Origin: Candidatus Omnitrophota bacterium
GTDB lineage: Bacteria; Omnitrophota; Gorgyraeia; Zapsychrales; Fredricksoniimonadaceae
NCBI GenBank assembly: GCA_013285735.1
Contig: JABDGZ010000004.1
Coordinates: 999 to 64,998 of the forward strand
Direction of reading: 5' to 3'
DNA: 64,000 nucleotides
Both the position numbers and the translations under genes were made by a program. Positions 24,908 through 34,426 of the stretch are shown here, piece after piece (positions within the stretch are counted from its first letter, which is position 1; every line of letters begins with the position of its first letter). The notes beneath the pieces are model-generated. The model saw only the letters and a program-made list of their open reading frames with translations, did no database searches and was not told the origin of the DNA.

Positions 24908-26386
24908 CTATACCTTCGGTCTTATGTCTATTATACGCTTCTCTTTATTAGCCGTCTCCAATTCCAGACGCTTGACCATCTCATCCAAGGTAATAAACTT
25001 GATCTCATTGGGTGCAACTTCAGTCGCTCCGGTTAATTTGTCTTTGATTACTTGGCCAAGGGTGCTTTGATTGGCAGCTGCTTGGGCCGTCACATACACC
25101 ACCATCTCATCAACTTCATACGGATCGTTTTTGTGTTTACGTATCTCCAACTGCCATTCATCGACCTGCTGTATCTCATTGAGCACTTCGGCAAAATGAC
25201 TTAAATTAACCAAGGTCCCTTTGACCTTGGAAAGCTGAATATCCTTATTATCAGACAAACGCGTGATGTCCGAAGATAAACGCAGGGTATGGCGCCCGCA
25301 ATAAGGACAAGGCTCATGGGTAATGCCGCCTTTAACAAAATCCCCGGTACGATAACGCAAGACCACACTGGCACGTGAATCCAGACTCGTATAAACTAAT
25401 TCGCCGTCTTCACCCTCATTCTTGACCTCACCGGTCGCAGGATCAATGATTTCAAGAATTTCTTTGTCCGGATAAAGATGATAGCCGCTGGATAAATGAT
25501 TTTCCGCGGGACATTCAGCCCAAGCAGTCCGCGCCTCAGTAAAACCATAGGTACCAAAAATAGATACATTTTGAGCACCCTGAGCACTTAGCATATCTGA
25601 TAATTTTTGCTTATAAGCTGGTGTAACCTTGGCTGCACCCAGCACAATTTTCTTTATAAAAGACAAGTCATGCCCTTTTTCCTGGGCGAAACGTATCAAA
25701 TGATAAATGTAGCTTGGCACACCCAGAATGGCCGAAGGCTTGATCCTCATTAAAGCTGTTAAATTGCCCTCAGTACCCATGACTTTTCCACCACCGGTAG
25801 AAAGCGCAAAAACACCTGCCTCAATAGCACCAAAAAAAGTCTGCCAAAAAGCCAAATGCGGAGCAAAGGGAAAAAGATTCATGATCCGCTCATCCCCTTT
25901 GATGTCAAAAAGCTCAACCATGCGAGCACCGGATACATACAGATTATCCAGGTCATAGCGGCTGTACATAAAGGCAACCGGAGCATTGGTGGTGCCAGTG
26001 GTAAAGGTCATAAATATCGGACGGTATTCTTTAGCCAAGTCATCTTCCAGACGCTGACCCTGTAACATGGACTGGGCCGCACGTATCAACAGCTGTGATT
26101 TAGGCCAATGCCGGCCAATCTTTTCACGATCGGGCTGCAAGATAAAATCTTTAAATTTTTGCGGATTGTCTTTAGAAATTAAATCGGATTTACTAATAAA
26201 AGGGATGTGTTTTAAATCTTCCCTGGTACGGATTTTCCTGGGGTCAATTTTATTGTCATCAAAAAGCTTTTGGTAATAGGGGCTAAAAGGATAAACGTGG
26301 GTGTTAATAAAAGAATGCAGGTGCTGGTTCTGTAACTCCTTGATCTGACTATATGTTAACGATGTTATCTTCTCCCAAGAATCCAT
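24908..26386 (-). CDS. Phenylacetate-CoA-ligase-like adenylate-forming enzyme
   Basis: TTGTT P-loop, YGFTE, RYRTGD, KVKGTLV. Confidence 0.8.
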   Translation of the reverse strand: MDSWEKITSLTYSQIKELQNQHLHSFINTHVYPFSPYYQKLFDDNKIDPRKIRTREDLKHIPFISKSDLISKDNPQKFKDFILQPDREKIGRHWPKSQLLIRAAQSMLQGQRLEDDLAKEYRPIFMTFTTGTTNAPVAFMYSRYDLDNLYVSGARMVELFDIKGDERIMNLFPFAPHLAFWQTFFGAIEAGVFALSTGGGKVMGTEGNLTALMRIKPSAILGVPSYIYHLIRFAQEKGHDLSFIKKIVLGAAKVTPAYKQKLSDMLSAQGAQNVSIFGTYGFTEARTAWAECPAENHLSSGYHLYPDKEILEIIDPATGEVKNEGEDGELVYTSLDSRASVVLRYRTGDFVKGGITHEPCPYCGRHTLRLSSDITRLSDNKDIQLSKVKGTLVNLSHFAEVLNEIQQVDEWQLEIRKHKNDPYEVDEMVVYVTAQAAANQSTLGQVIKDKLTGATEVAPNEIKFITLDEMVKRLELETANKEKRIIDIRPKV

Positions 26387-26440
26387 TACTTAATAGTGTA
26401 ATATATCAGCTGACAGCTTGCCAGTGAAATCGATTAAAAA

Positions 26441-26468
26441 AAAGGGGACACTTTAAAGTGTCCCCTTT
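26441..26468. repeat. Perfect palindrome family B; likely terminator of the small secreted ORF
   Basis: AAAGGGGACACTTTAAAGTGTCCCCTTT; identical copy at 40178. Confidence 0.75.
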
Positions 26469-26498
26469 TTTAGATAATCAACACTCTCTCAAAGAGAA

Positions 26499-26666
26499 TT
26501 ATTGAGCTGCTGGAGCTGCTGAGTTATCGGCATTCATCGCTGAATTATCAGCGTTCATCGTGCTGTTGTCTGTAGCTGCATCTTGTGCTTTCACGGTTCC
26601 TTGGGCTAACATTAAACCTGCAGCACCAAAAACTAACGCAGCCGCTACTAATAATTTCTTGTTCAT
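26499..26666 (-). CDS. Unannotated 55-aa secreted low-complexity peptide
   Basis: AAGGAGGAG RBS; MNKKLLVAAALVFGAAGLMLAQGTVKAQDAATDNSTMNADNSAMNADNSAAPAAQ; downstream hairpin. Confidence 0.8.
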   Translation of the reverse strand: MNKKLLVAAALVFGAAGLMLAQGTVKAQDAATDNSTMNADNSAMNADNSAAPAAQ

Positions 26667-26844
26667 GACTTCTCCTCCTTGATTGTGATAAGAATTAATT
26701 TCTTACCGTTGTTGAGAGTGTGTAAATCTTTTTACACATCTTGCTTAAAATTGATACCTTACATCAAAAAGCCAATAATCTTTTGTAGACCTTCATATAA
26801 TGTAGCAAATTATTAGAAAATTACCATTAAAATTTTCTAATTTT

Positions 26845-27939
26845 TCATTTTACCGATAAACGCGCCTGTTTCTCTTCAATGCTCGTCGTCAATTCTTCAA
26901 ATGATTTTTCAAATGCCGCTAATCCATCGCCGAGCAATTGATTACATACCATGCCAACATCAATATCCAAAAGACGTAATTGCTCAATTATTTTTTGAGC
27001 ATCTGCAACATCACCAGGTAGCGCTACCTTGACAATGCCATGATCTAGAACAGCTTCCAACGTTTTATCCGGCACCGTATTAACCGTGTTAGCCGCTATT
27101 AATTCAGCGATATATTTGATGTCGCTATATTGAGGATCCTTGGTGCCTGTCGAAGCCCATAGGACACGCTGCATATTGGCACCCTGTTTTTCCAAAGCTT
27201 TAAATTCACTGCCGCCAAAATTCTGCTGGAATTTATGATAAATGATCTCGCAGTTAGACACCGCAGCCCTGCCCTTTAAATCCACCCTTGCCTCTAATTT
27301 CTTGTCGATGCTGCTATCAAGGCGGCTGACAAAAACGGAAGCCACTGAATGCACCTTCTTAAGATCTCCACCACTTTGAGCTAAATGCTTCAAACCTTTA
27401 AGATAAGCCCAAACAACCTCGGAATACTGCTCTGCGGAAAAAATCAACGTGACATTAACATTAATACCCTGAGCGATCAAACCTTCGACCACGCCCAAAC
27501 CATTCTTGGTGGCAGGCACCTTGATCATCACATTAGGGCGATTAAGTTTTTGCCATAAACGCATGCCTTCTTTTAACTGGGACTCAAGTTCATTACCTAA
27601 TTTAGGATTGATTTCCAGACTGACATAACCATCCAGCCCTTTTGTACTCTCATAAACACCGCGGAATAAATCTGCCGCGTCCTGCACATCCTTGATGGTT
27701 AACTCATCATAAATTTCAAAAGTAGATCGACCTGCTTCTGCCAACTGCTGAATTTTAGCATCGTAATCACTGCTTTGAGATATGGCTTGTTTAAAAATAG
27801 TAGGATTGGATGTTTGCCCGCGTAAACCTCGATCAATCAGCGATTTAAGCTGGCCGCCAGCAATCATGGAACGACTGATATTGTCGATCCATAAACTCTG
27901 GCCAAGCTCTGCTATTTCATGCAATTTTGTTTTGGACAT
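26845..27939 (-). CDS. tal: Transaldolase (type 2)
   Basis: TSNPTIF, GYVSLE, MIKVPAT, ASVFVSRLD, LWASTG. Confidence 0.95.
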   Translation of the reverse strand: MSKTKLHEIAELGQSLWIDNISRSMIAGGQLKSLIDRGLRGQTSNPTIFKQAISQSSDYDAKIQQLAEAGRSTFEIYDELTIKDVQDAADLFRGVYESTKGLDGYVSLEINPKLGNELESQLKEGMRLWQKLNRPNVMIKVPATKNGLGVVEGLIAQGINVNVTLIFSAEQYSEVVWAYLKGLKHLAQSGGDLKKVHSVASVFVSRLDSSIDKKLEARVDLKGRAAVSNCEIIYHKFQQNFGGSEFKALEKQGANMQRVLWASTGTKDPQYSDIKYIAELIAANTVNTVPDKTLEAVLDHGIVKVALPGDVADAQKIIEQLRLLDIDVGMVCNQLLGDGLAAFEKSFEELTTSIEEKQARLSVK

Positions 27940-27963
27940 AGATGAAATCTCCCTGCGGATGAA

Positions 27964-28908
27964 TCATTTTTTACGTTGGATAACTTTCTTTACAGCGACC
28001 ACTATATCGACATCTTTCAATCCATAATGCGCTAAAAGCTGGGCTGGGGTGCCGCTTTCTCCGAAAGAATCTTTGACCCCAACCATTTCCACAGGACATG
28101 GATAATACTGTGCCAAAACCTCAGCCACTGCAGAACCCAAACCACCAATAATCTGATGCTCCTCAGCAGTCACGATGGCACCGGTTTCCTTGGCAGATTT
28201 TACGATCATATCAACATCAATAGGTTTGATGGTGTGCATATTCACCACTTTTAAATTAATGCCTTCGGCTTTTAACTTGTCAGCAGCTGATAAAGCTTCA
28301 GCAACCATGACCCCGCAGGCGATAACAGTGGCATCATGCCCGTCTCTCAAGACATTGGCACGGCCAATCACAAAAGCATCTTCTTCCTGAGTCAAGATAG
28401 GAAGCGGGGCCCTTGATGTACGCATATAAAATGGACCAAAGGTATTAGCGATGACACGAGTGGCTTTTTTAGCTTCTATATAATCAGCAGGACAAATAAC
28501 CTTCATATTAGGCAGGACACGCATAATGGCAAAATCTTCCAGACATTGGGCGCTGGCGCCATCTTCACCGACGGTCACACCACCATGAGAACAGACAACC
28601 TTCACATTGCAATTATTATAACAGACATCCAAACGGATCATGTCATAGGCGCGATTGGTTAGAAAAACTGCGAATGAAGTGGCAAAAGCCACATAGCCCT
28701 GGGTACTTAAGCCTGCAGCCGTACCAACCACATCCTGCTCCGTGATACCCAAATTAAAAAACCGGTCAGGAAATTCTTTTTTAAAATATTCAGCACGGGT
28801 AGCATCTTCTAGATCACCGGAAGTCACAACAATATTAGGGTTGATTTTGCCCAAAGCGACTAATTCTTCGCCGAAACCATCTCTGGTGGGGGTGGGTTTA
28901 AGTTCCAT
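27964..28908 (-). CDS. tkt: Transketolase C-terminal subunit
   Basis: GITEQ, GEDGAS, EEHQIIGGLG. Confidence 0.9.
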   Translation of the reverse strand: MELKPTPTRDGFGEELVALGKINPNIVVTSGDLEDATRAEYFKKEFPDRFFNLGITEQDVVGTAAGLSTQGYVAFATSFAVFLTNRAYDMIRLDVCYNNCNVKVVCSHGGVTVGEDGASAQCLEDFAIMRVLPNMKVICPADYIEAKKATRVIANTFGPFYMRTSRAPLPILTQEEDAFVIGRANVLRDGHDATVIACGVMVAEALSAADKLKAEGINLKVVNMHTIKPIDVDMIVKSAKETGAIVTAEEHQIIGGLGSAVAEVLAQYYPCPVEMVGVKDSFGESGTPAQLLAHYGLKDVDIVVAVKKVIQRKK

Positions 28909-29730
28909 TTATTTTAACTCCGCCAACGCTTGGGCTAATTGTTCTTTGTTCGGTGCCTTACCGTGCCAGGCACTTTTGCCTTCCATAAAAGAAACACCTT
29001 TACCTTTAACAGTATTGGCAATAATTACCGTGGGCTTTCCCTTAGTGTTGTTAAATTCATCAAAGGCGAGTTTAAGGGCTTCGATATTATGCCCATCGAT
29101 ATCAAGAACTTGCCAACCAAAAGCAGCCCACTTCTGGGTTAATGGTTCTAAATTCTTAATTTCATTGGTGGGTCCGTTTTCCTGTACCTTATTATAATCC
29201 ACGATAGCACAAACATGATCTAATTTAAAATGAGCTGCGGTCATGGCTGCTTCCCACACGGAACCTTCCTGAAGTTCTCCATCACCCATAATACAGTAAA
29301 CTCTAAAATCTTTCCCGCGCATGCGAGCACCCAAGGCAATGCCATTCGCAAAAGACAAACCGTGTCCAAGAGAACCTGTATTAAGTTCTACACCAGGAAC
29401 CTTGGTATGCACATGCCCCTGCAACCGGCTCCCAAATTTTCTAAACGTTTTTAATTCTTCTTTGGGGAAATATCCAAAATTCGCCAGCGTCGTATAAACC
29501 ACCGGTGAAACATGGCCTTTGGAAACAATCACGCGATCGCGGTCTTCCCAGCGAGGATCATTGGGTTTAAGTTTAAGCTGATAACCGTAGAGGGTCAAGA
29601 AAATCTCAACAGCAGATAAGGAACCACCCGGATGACCGGAACCTGCAGCTTCTAAAGTCTCTAAAATATCACGACGAAAAACCACCGCTTGTTTTTTAAG
29701 AGATTCGATATCTATGGTTTTAGAAGACAT
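28909..29730 (-). CDS. tkt: Transketolase N-terminal subunit
   Basis: SGHPGGSLS, SKGH, GSLGHG, GDGELQEG. Confidence 0.93.
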   Translation of the reverse strand: MSSKTIDIESLKKQAVVFRRDILETLEAAGSGHPGGSLSAVEIFLTLYGYQLKLKPNDPRWEDRDRVIVSKGHVSPVVYTTLANFGYFPKEELKTFRKFGSRLQGHVHTKVPGVELNTGSLGHGLSFANGIALGARMRGKDFRVYCIMGDGELQEGSVWEAAMTAAHFKLDHVCAIVDYNKVQENGPTNEIKNLEPLTQKWAAFGWQVLDIDGHNIEALKLAFDEFNNTKGKPTVIIANTVKGKGVSFMEGKSAWHGKAPNKEQLAQALAELK

Positions 29731-29747
29731 ATCCTAATTCAATAATA

Positions 29748-29820
29748 TGGGCCTTGCTGGACTCGAACCAGCCACCCTCTGATTAAGAGTCAGATGCTCT
29801 ACCGGATGAGCTAAAGGCCC
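29748..29820 (-). tRNA. tRNA-Lys (CTT), CCA not encoded
   Basis: GGGCCTTTAGCTCA...TCTGA-CTCTTAA-TCAGA...GGTTCGAGTCC...AAGGCCCA cloverleaf. Confidence 0.95.
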
Positions 29821-29968
29821 TGATAAATCACAAAAGCGAAAATCTTTTATACCAGATTTATCAGGGACTGTAAAGAAACTCTTTTTTGATTTCACCAACT
29901 AGAAACTTTAACAAGAACTTTATAGTTAATCTACAATTCCTTCATATTTATTAGGCATACTTAACAAC

Positions 29969-31081
29969 ATGAATACAACAAATTTTGACATGCCGCAGAT
30001 GGAACAAATGACAGAAATTCCCCCATTGACGAAACCTCTAGGGGTCCAGTATTATTTGGATTTGGCCATTAAGTTTCACTCCTCTGATATGCATCTGGTC
30101 GCCTGGCATGCGCCTGTTTACCGCATTAATGGGCAGCTGGTGACCCAGCCAATGCCAGCCCTTGGACCCGAGCAAATAGAAGAAATCGTTTTACCCCTCT
30201 TGTCTCCCAAGCAAGCAAAACAATTTGAGACTTCTTCAGAAATTGATCTGGCTTTTCAATTCGATGAAAATCATTCTTTCAGGGCTAATCTTTACCGGCA
30301 GAGAGGACATCTCTCAGCTTCCATCCGTATTATTCCCTGCGTTATCCGTTCTCTTTCAGAATTAGGAATCCCTCCCATCGCAGCTAAATTAACACGGCGA
30401 CATTCCGGTCTTATTCTGGTCGCCGGACGGGCAGGACACGGAAAAACAACGACCATGACTCACATGGTTGACCAGATCAACAGGGAAAGAGCAGCAAGGA
30501 TCATCACCATCGAAGACCCCATCGAATTCATCTATAAATCAAAATTAAGCCTCATTGTTCAACGGGAAGTAGGAAACGATACCTCTTCATTCGCTTCGGG
30601 ACTCAAACATGCCCTCCGGCAAGACCCGGATATTGTCGTCATCGGTGAAATGCGGGATTTGGATTCAATTTCCATGGCACTTACTACCGCTGATACCGGA
30701 CATCTGGTCATGGCAACCCTTCACGCTCCTGATGCAATCGAAGCCATTAACCGCATCATCGATGTTTTCCCAGGAGACAGGCAAAACCAAATCCGCGTTC
30801 AACTAGCAGAGCACCTGACAGCCATTATCAGCCAACAACTTTTACCCCGTAAGGATGGGGCTGGACGGGTTTTGGCCACTGAAATGTGCATTCCCAACAT
30901 GGCCATCCGTAATTTAATCCGCCGCAATTCCTTATCAGAAATCCGGGGCCAAATGGAAACCGGCCGCGACGACATGTACACCCTCGAACAAAACCTCAGC
31001 AGTCTTTTTCTCCAGGGGATCATCTCCAAAGAAACCGCCCAAAGCCACGCCAAATATCCCAATCTTCTAAAGCTGACCTGA
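29969..31081 (+). CDS. pilT: PilT/PilU-family pilus retraction ATPase
   Basis: GRAGHGKTTT Walker A, TIEDPIE, LRQDPD, GEMRD, TGHLV, AIRNLIR. Confidence 0.85.
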   Translation: MNTTNFDMPQMEQMTEIPPLTKPLGVQYYLDLAIKFHSSDMHLVAWHAPVYRINGQLVTQPMPALGPEQIEEIVLPLLSPKQAKQFETSSEIDLAFQFDENHSFRANLYRQRGHLSASIRIIPCVIRSLSELGIPPIAAKLTRRHSGLILVAGRAGHGKTTTMTHMVDQINRERAARIITIEDPIEFIYKSKLSLIVQREVGNDTSSFASGLKHALRQDPDIVVIGEMRDLDSISMALTTADTGHLVMATLHAPDAIEAINRIIDVFPGDRQNQIRVQLAEHLTAIISQQLLPRKDGAGRVLATEMCIPNMAIRNLIRRNSLSEIRGQMETGRDDMYTLEQNLSSLFLQGIISKETAQSHAKYPNLLKLT

Positions 31082-31603
31082 CGCCTTCTTTAATACTTCA
31101 ATAAAATGAGGATCAACAAAACCTCCTATGGCCTCTACTGTACGCACATCAGCCCAGGCTTTAGCATATTCTTTCAACTGATAATAAACCACTTCCCGAT
31201 TATTATAAGCCTTTACGTAGAACGCATTATTTCTGATGGCCTGGGTATAGTCAGCAAGGGCTTGAGTAAAATTACCTGTGCTCGCATAAGCCTGCCCGCG
31301 GTTATTGAAAGCTTCTGCATCCTTAAAATTATTGGCAAGGGCCATGGTAAAATCAGCGATCGCTCGAGATAAACTGCCTTCATGGGCATAGGCAACCCCG
31401 CGATTGTTATAGGCTTTGGCAAGGTTAGGATTAATATCAAGCGCCCTGGTATATTGAATAATAGCCTCATCAAAATAACCCTCTCTTAAAAAGTCATTGC
31501 CATCTTGTAAACACTCCCCAGCTGTTTTTGCAAAAACAGAAGGAATATTGAAGAACAATATGCCTATAAAAACTAATGCCACTTTAAAGGTGTGCCACTT
31601 CAA
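31067..31603 (-). CDS. Exported TPR protein
   Basis: Signal peptide; repeated AYNNRG TPR units. Confidence 0.88.
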   Translation of the reverse strand: MKWHTFKVALVFIGILFFNIPSVFAKTAGECLQDGNDFLREGYFDEAIIQYTRALDINPNLAKAYNNRGVAYAHEGSLSRAIADFTMALANNFKDAEAFNNRGQAYASTGNFTQALADYTQAIRNNAFYVKAYNNREVVYYQLKEYAKAWADVRTVEAIGGFVDPHFIEVLKKASGQL

Positions 31604-31621
31604 CTCTTATCTCCTAAATAA

Positions 31622-33430
31622 TTATTTATCAAAAACCCGATCGATGATGGCGGCATCCCAACCATGACGCTGGAGCTCTTTTTTTAAAACCATCAATTCT
31701 TCGGGAGTTTTAGAGGCACATAATTCCTGCAGTAAATTATAATTGAATTGCTGTTGGGTATTAAAACGTATGCTTAAGGGCTTCTCTGGAGTGCCTCTAT
31801 TAAAAATCAAAGCGATCAGCGCCAATATTAATGGTAACGCAACGACTGTTAAAGAAGAATAAAAATCAAAAGACGCGCGTGGATTTAATAAATAAGGCAT
31901 GCTGGACAAGAATGAATCAATCAAAAAGTGCGCGGCAATCACACATACAATGCCAAAACGCAAATAAAAGGTCCCCATGATAATCCCGATACAGGTAACT
32001 TCGATCCCCCTAAACCACATAGGATAAATTTCATATCCCGTATGGCCAAACCCCCACATTGCAGCACTTAAAAATACGGCGAAGATCGTCGGGAAACCAT
32101 ATTTCTTGAACAAATTAATGGCAAATAAACGAAACATGGATTCTTCTGAAAAAGAAGCCTGAAAACCGATCACCAACGCTGAAAGCGCCGGCACCAGGGT
32201 TGTTGAAGCCTGGGTCAACCACGATAGTTCATCCCAAACTCCGCAATACTTAAAGCCTAAATTAAAAATAAAGGCCTGTACTCCTAAAATCACGGCTGCC
32301 GCGATATAGCCAATAAAAATTTGACGCGCAATATTGACTGAACAAAAAGAAGATAAAAGCGCACTTAAAAAACCCCTGTTTTTCTTATCCGGAGAAACTT
32401 CGTAACGTAAGGACTCACCCGCCAACGCCGGTAAAACAAAACCAACAGCTATAAAAAACGGCCCAATGACGCCCTCAATAAATTGCCTGAGAATATAATC
32501 CCCTAATGACTGAGTGGTCGGATAACCAAACAGAACATCCTGATAACTGTTTAAAAGATCCAGCCCCATCAAAACAAACATCACGACCCCAACCCCGATA
32601 TAAAATCGCTTTACACTACGGGCAACCACCTGATGTTTACGGTTGACAACAACCACGATAGCAAAGGTCATCAGTGCCAGATAAAATATACGGAACACCA
32701 GGGTCAAATTTTGCCCGGTTTGCTTTAAATTATCCACATAGCGGTTAAATCCGTCGGGAATTTCAAAATACTGTTTATTAAAACTAAGAATTTCTTGACC
32801 GGACATGGTCACACTCGTCAAAAGCTTGGCATATCCCTTCTCACTGCTTTTATCCCAGGGGATATTCACATCCTTGTCTTGCCAGCTAAAAGCGTATTCC
32901 TGTCGATTATCATATTTATGGACATCCTCACCATGAGTAATGTATTGGGAAGAACTAAAACCATAAGTTGTCTTCAAGAAATTAAAAGCTGATAAACGGG
33001 ATTTTTCCTTATCCACTAAGGGTCTAAACGCGGTGTCTTCGATATAATGATTAAAACCGATGATCTCGCCAGTTGCAGAACTGATAATGACCTTGTATTC
33101 TTCCTTTTGTTTTTCTTTAAAGAAACGGACTACCCAGCAAAATAAATCATAATGCAAGCGATGGATAAAATGCTGGGAGCCGACAATTCCTAAAGTTTTT
33201 TGCAAATACCGGTCAGCCCCGTCATCCGCATTAAACAACACGGCTATTTTATACCCCTTAATATCAATCCCACGCTGAACCTGCAGAAATGTTTTGGAAA
33301 TTTCAACAGCTTTTGCCTGGCTGATGGATAGGTCAATGGATTGATAGCGTGGAAGTGCTAACCGGCACCATAAAAAAACACCGCCCGCTGCCAAAATAAT
33401 CAGGATGAGCCACTCTAAACGTTTATTCAT
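31622..33430 (-). CDS. CPBP/CAAX (Abi) intramembrane metalloprotease with extracytoplasmic N domain
   Basis: EExxFR, WGFGH, AHFLID motifs; many TM helices. Confidence 0.8.
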   Translation of the reverse strand: MNKRLEWLILIILAAGGVFLWCRLALPRYQSIDLSISQAKAVEISKTFLQVQRGIDIKGYKIAVLFNADDGADRYLQKTLGIVGSQHFIHRLHYDLFCWVVRFFKEKQKEEYKVIISSATGEIIGFNHYIEDTAFRPLVDKEKSRLSAFNFLKTTYGFSSSQYITHGEDVHKYDNRQEYAFSWQDKDVNIPWDKSSEKGYAKLLTSVTMSGQEILSFNKQYFEIPDGFNRYVDNLKQTGQNLTLVFRIFYLALMTFAIVVVVNRKHQVVARSVKRFYIGVGVVMFVLMGLDLLNSYQDVLFGYPTTQSLGDYILRQFIEGVIGPFFIAVGFVLPALAGESLRYEVSPDKKNRGFLSALLSSFCSVNIARQIFIGYIAAAVILGVQAFIFNLGFKYCGVWDELSWLTQASTTLVPALSALVIGFQASFSEESMFRLFAINLFKKYGFPTIFAVFLSAAMWGFGHTGYEIYPMWFRGIEVTCIGIIMGTFYLRFGIVCVIAAHFLIDSFLSSMPYLLNPRASFDFYSSLTVVALPLILALIALIFNRGTPEKPLSIRFNTQQQFNYNLLQELCASKTPEELMVLKKELQRHGWDAAIIDRVFDK

Positions 33431-33717
33431 TTTACCAATGCTTCTTTCTCTTTTCTGGTAAGCCTTTTGATCAATCTTTCTTGGGCTTGCGCTTCTTGAA
33501 CGGTTAAGAATTTCTTTTTATACACCAACTTAACCGGCCCTTTGCCCCTCAGGTATTTGGCACCAGTACCGTTGTTGTGAGCGGTAATCCTCTTTTTTAT
33601 ATCATTGGTCCAACCAGCATAATAAGTACCATACTTACACTGTACCATATACGCCCAATACGTGCTACGTGAGACAATCTTAGTCATTCTCCAAATCCAA
33701 TTGTTTGGCATCTTCAA
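33427..33717 (-). CDS. GIY-YIG nuclease (UPF0213-like); likely start 33687
   Basis: AYMVQC..GTYYAGWTND..KR..AHN.G.GAKY. Confidence 0.85.
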   Translation of the reverse strand: MKMPNNWIWRMTKIVSRSTYWAYMVQCKYGTYYAGWTNDIKKRITAHNNGTGAKYLRGKGPVKLVYKKKFLTVQEAQAQERLIKRLTRKEKEALVK

Positions 33718-34426
33718 TCAGCATGGTCTGCGGATTTTGCACATAAACGATGACCGATGCCTGTGTGACGTCAACAATTTTGTGCAATGGAATTGTTACC
33801 TGAGAAACAGCTGATGTTAAAGGCATGGTCCGAAATTCTTTAACTACATTGTCATGGCGAAGCGTACGGCCGGCATTTTCACCCGCTGTTACCTCCGTGC
33901 TTAACCCGCGTTCTACCAAGGCAATATTAACGACATCGCCATTTGAAAATCCTTCCGCATCATATTTAACAGTGATTTGACCCTCTTGTTTTGTAAGGCT
34001 AATATGCAAAACAAGAGAGGCTGGTATGGACAGCTCCTGATTCAGGTCTTTTTGTAATTGCTCCTGATTAGAGCCAATGAAAGCATCACTGCCATTAACG
34101 ATCATCTGGGGCGTATACACACCCTGATCTTTAAAGATCTGAGCATAGGTGTTTTGCCTTTGCGTAAATTCTGCCCGGCTAAAAACATCCCGCCACCCTA
34201 AATTATTCCAATAATCCACATGAAAAACCAAGGGATAAACAGGCTCATTATTTTGTCTGGCCCAAGCTGTTAATTTCCTGATAAGAAGATCAGCAGAAGG
34301 ACAACTAGAGCATCCCTCTGAACTAAAGAGTTCGACAACAGCAAAGGGCTTATCCTGAGATGAGTCAGCTAATACCACTGACGAGAACCCTGCCAAAACC
34401 ACGACCATGAATAAAAAATATTTCAT
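33680..34426 (-). CDS. DUF1223 thioredoxin-like exported protein
   Basis: VELFSSEGCSSCPSAD, HVDYWN, YTPQM, GENAGRTL. Confidence 0.9.
   Translation of the reverse strand: MKYFLFMVVVLAGFSSVVLADSSQDKPFAVVELFSSEGCSSCPSADLLIRKLTAWARQNNEPVYPLVFHVDYWNNLGWRDVFSRAEFTQRQNTYAQIFKDQGVYTPQMIVNGSDAFIGSNQEQLQKDLNQELSIPASLVLHISLTKQEGQITVKYDAEGFSNGDVVNIALVERGLSTEVTAGENAGRTLRHDNVVKEFRTMPLTSAVSQVTIPLHKIVDVTQASVIVYVQNPQTMLIEDAKQLDLEND

Noticed and set aside
29748-29820. tRNA-Lys as an integration site
   Set aside because: No integrase and no duplicated tRNA 3' end seen in the window.
33427-33717. GIY-YIG gene as the mobiliser of the REP-like repeats
   Set aside because: Not flanked by repeat copies and embedded in a housekeeping operon; looks like ordinary UPF0213.
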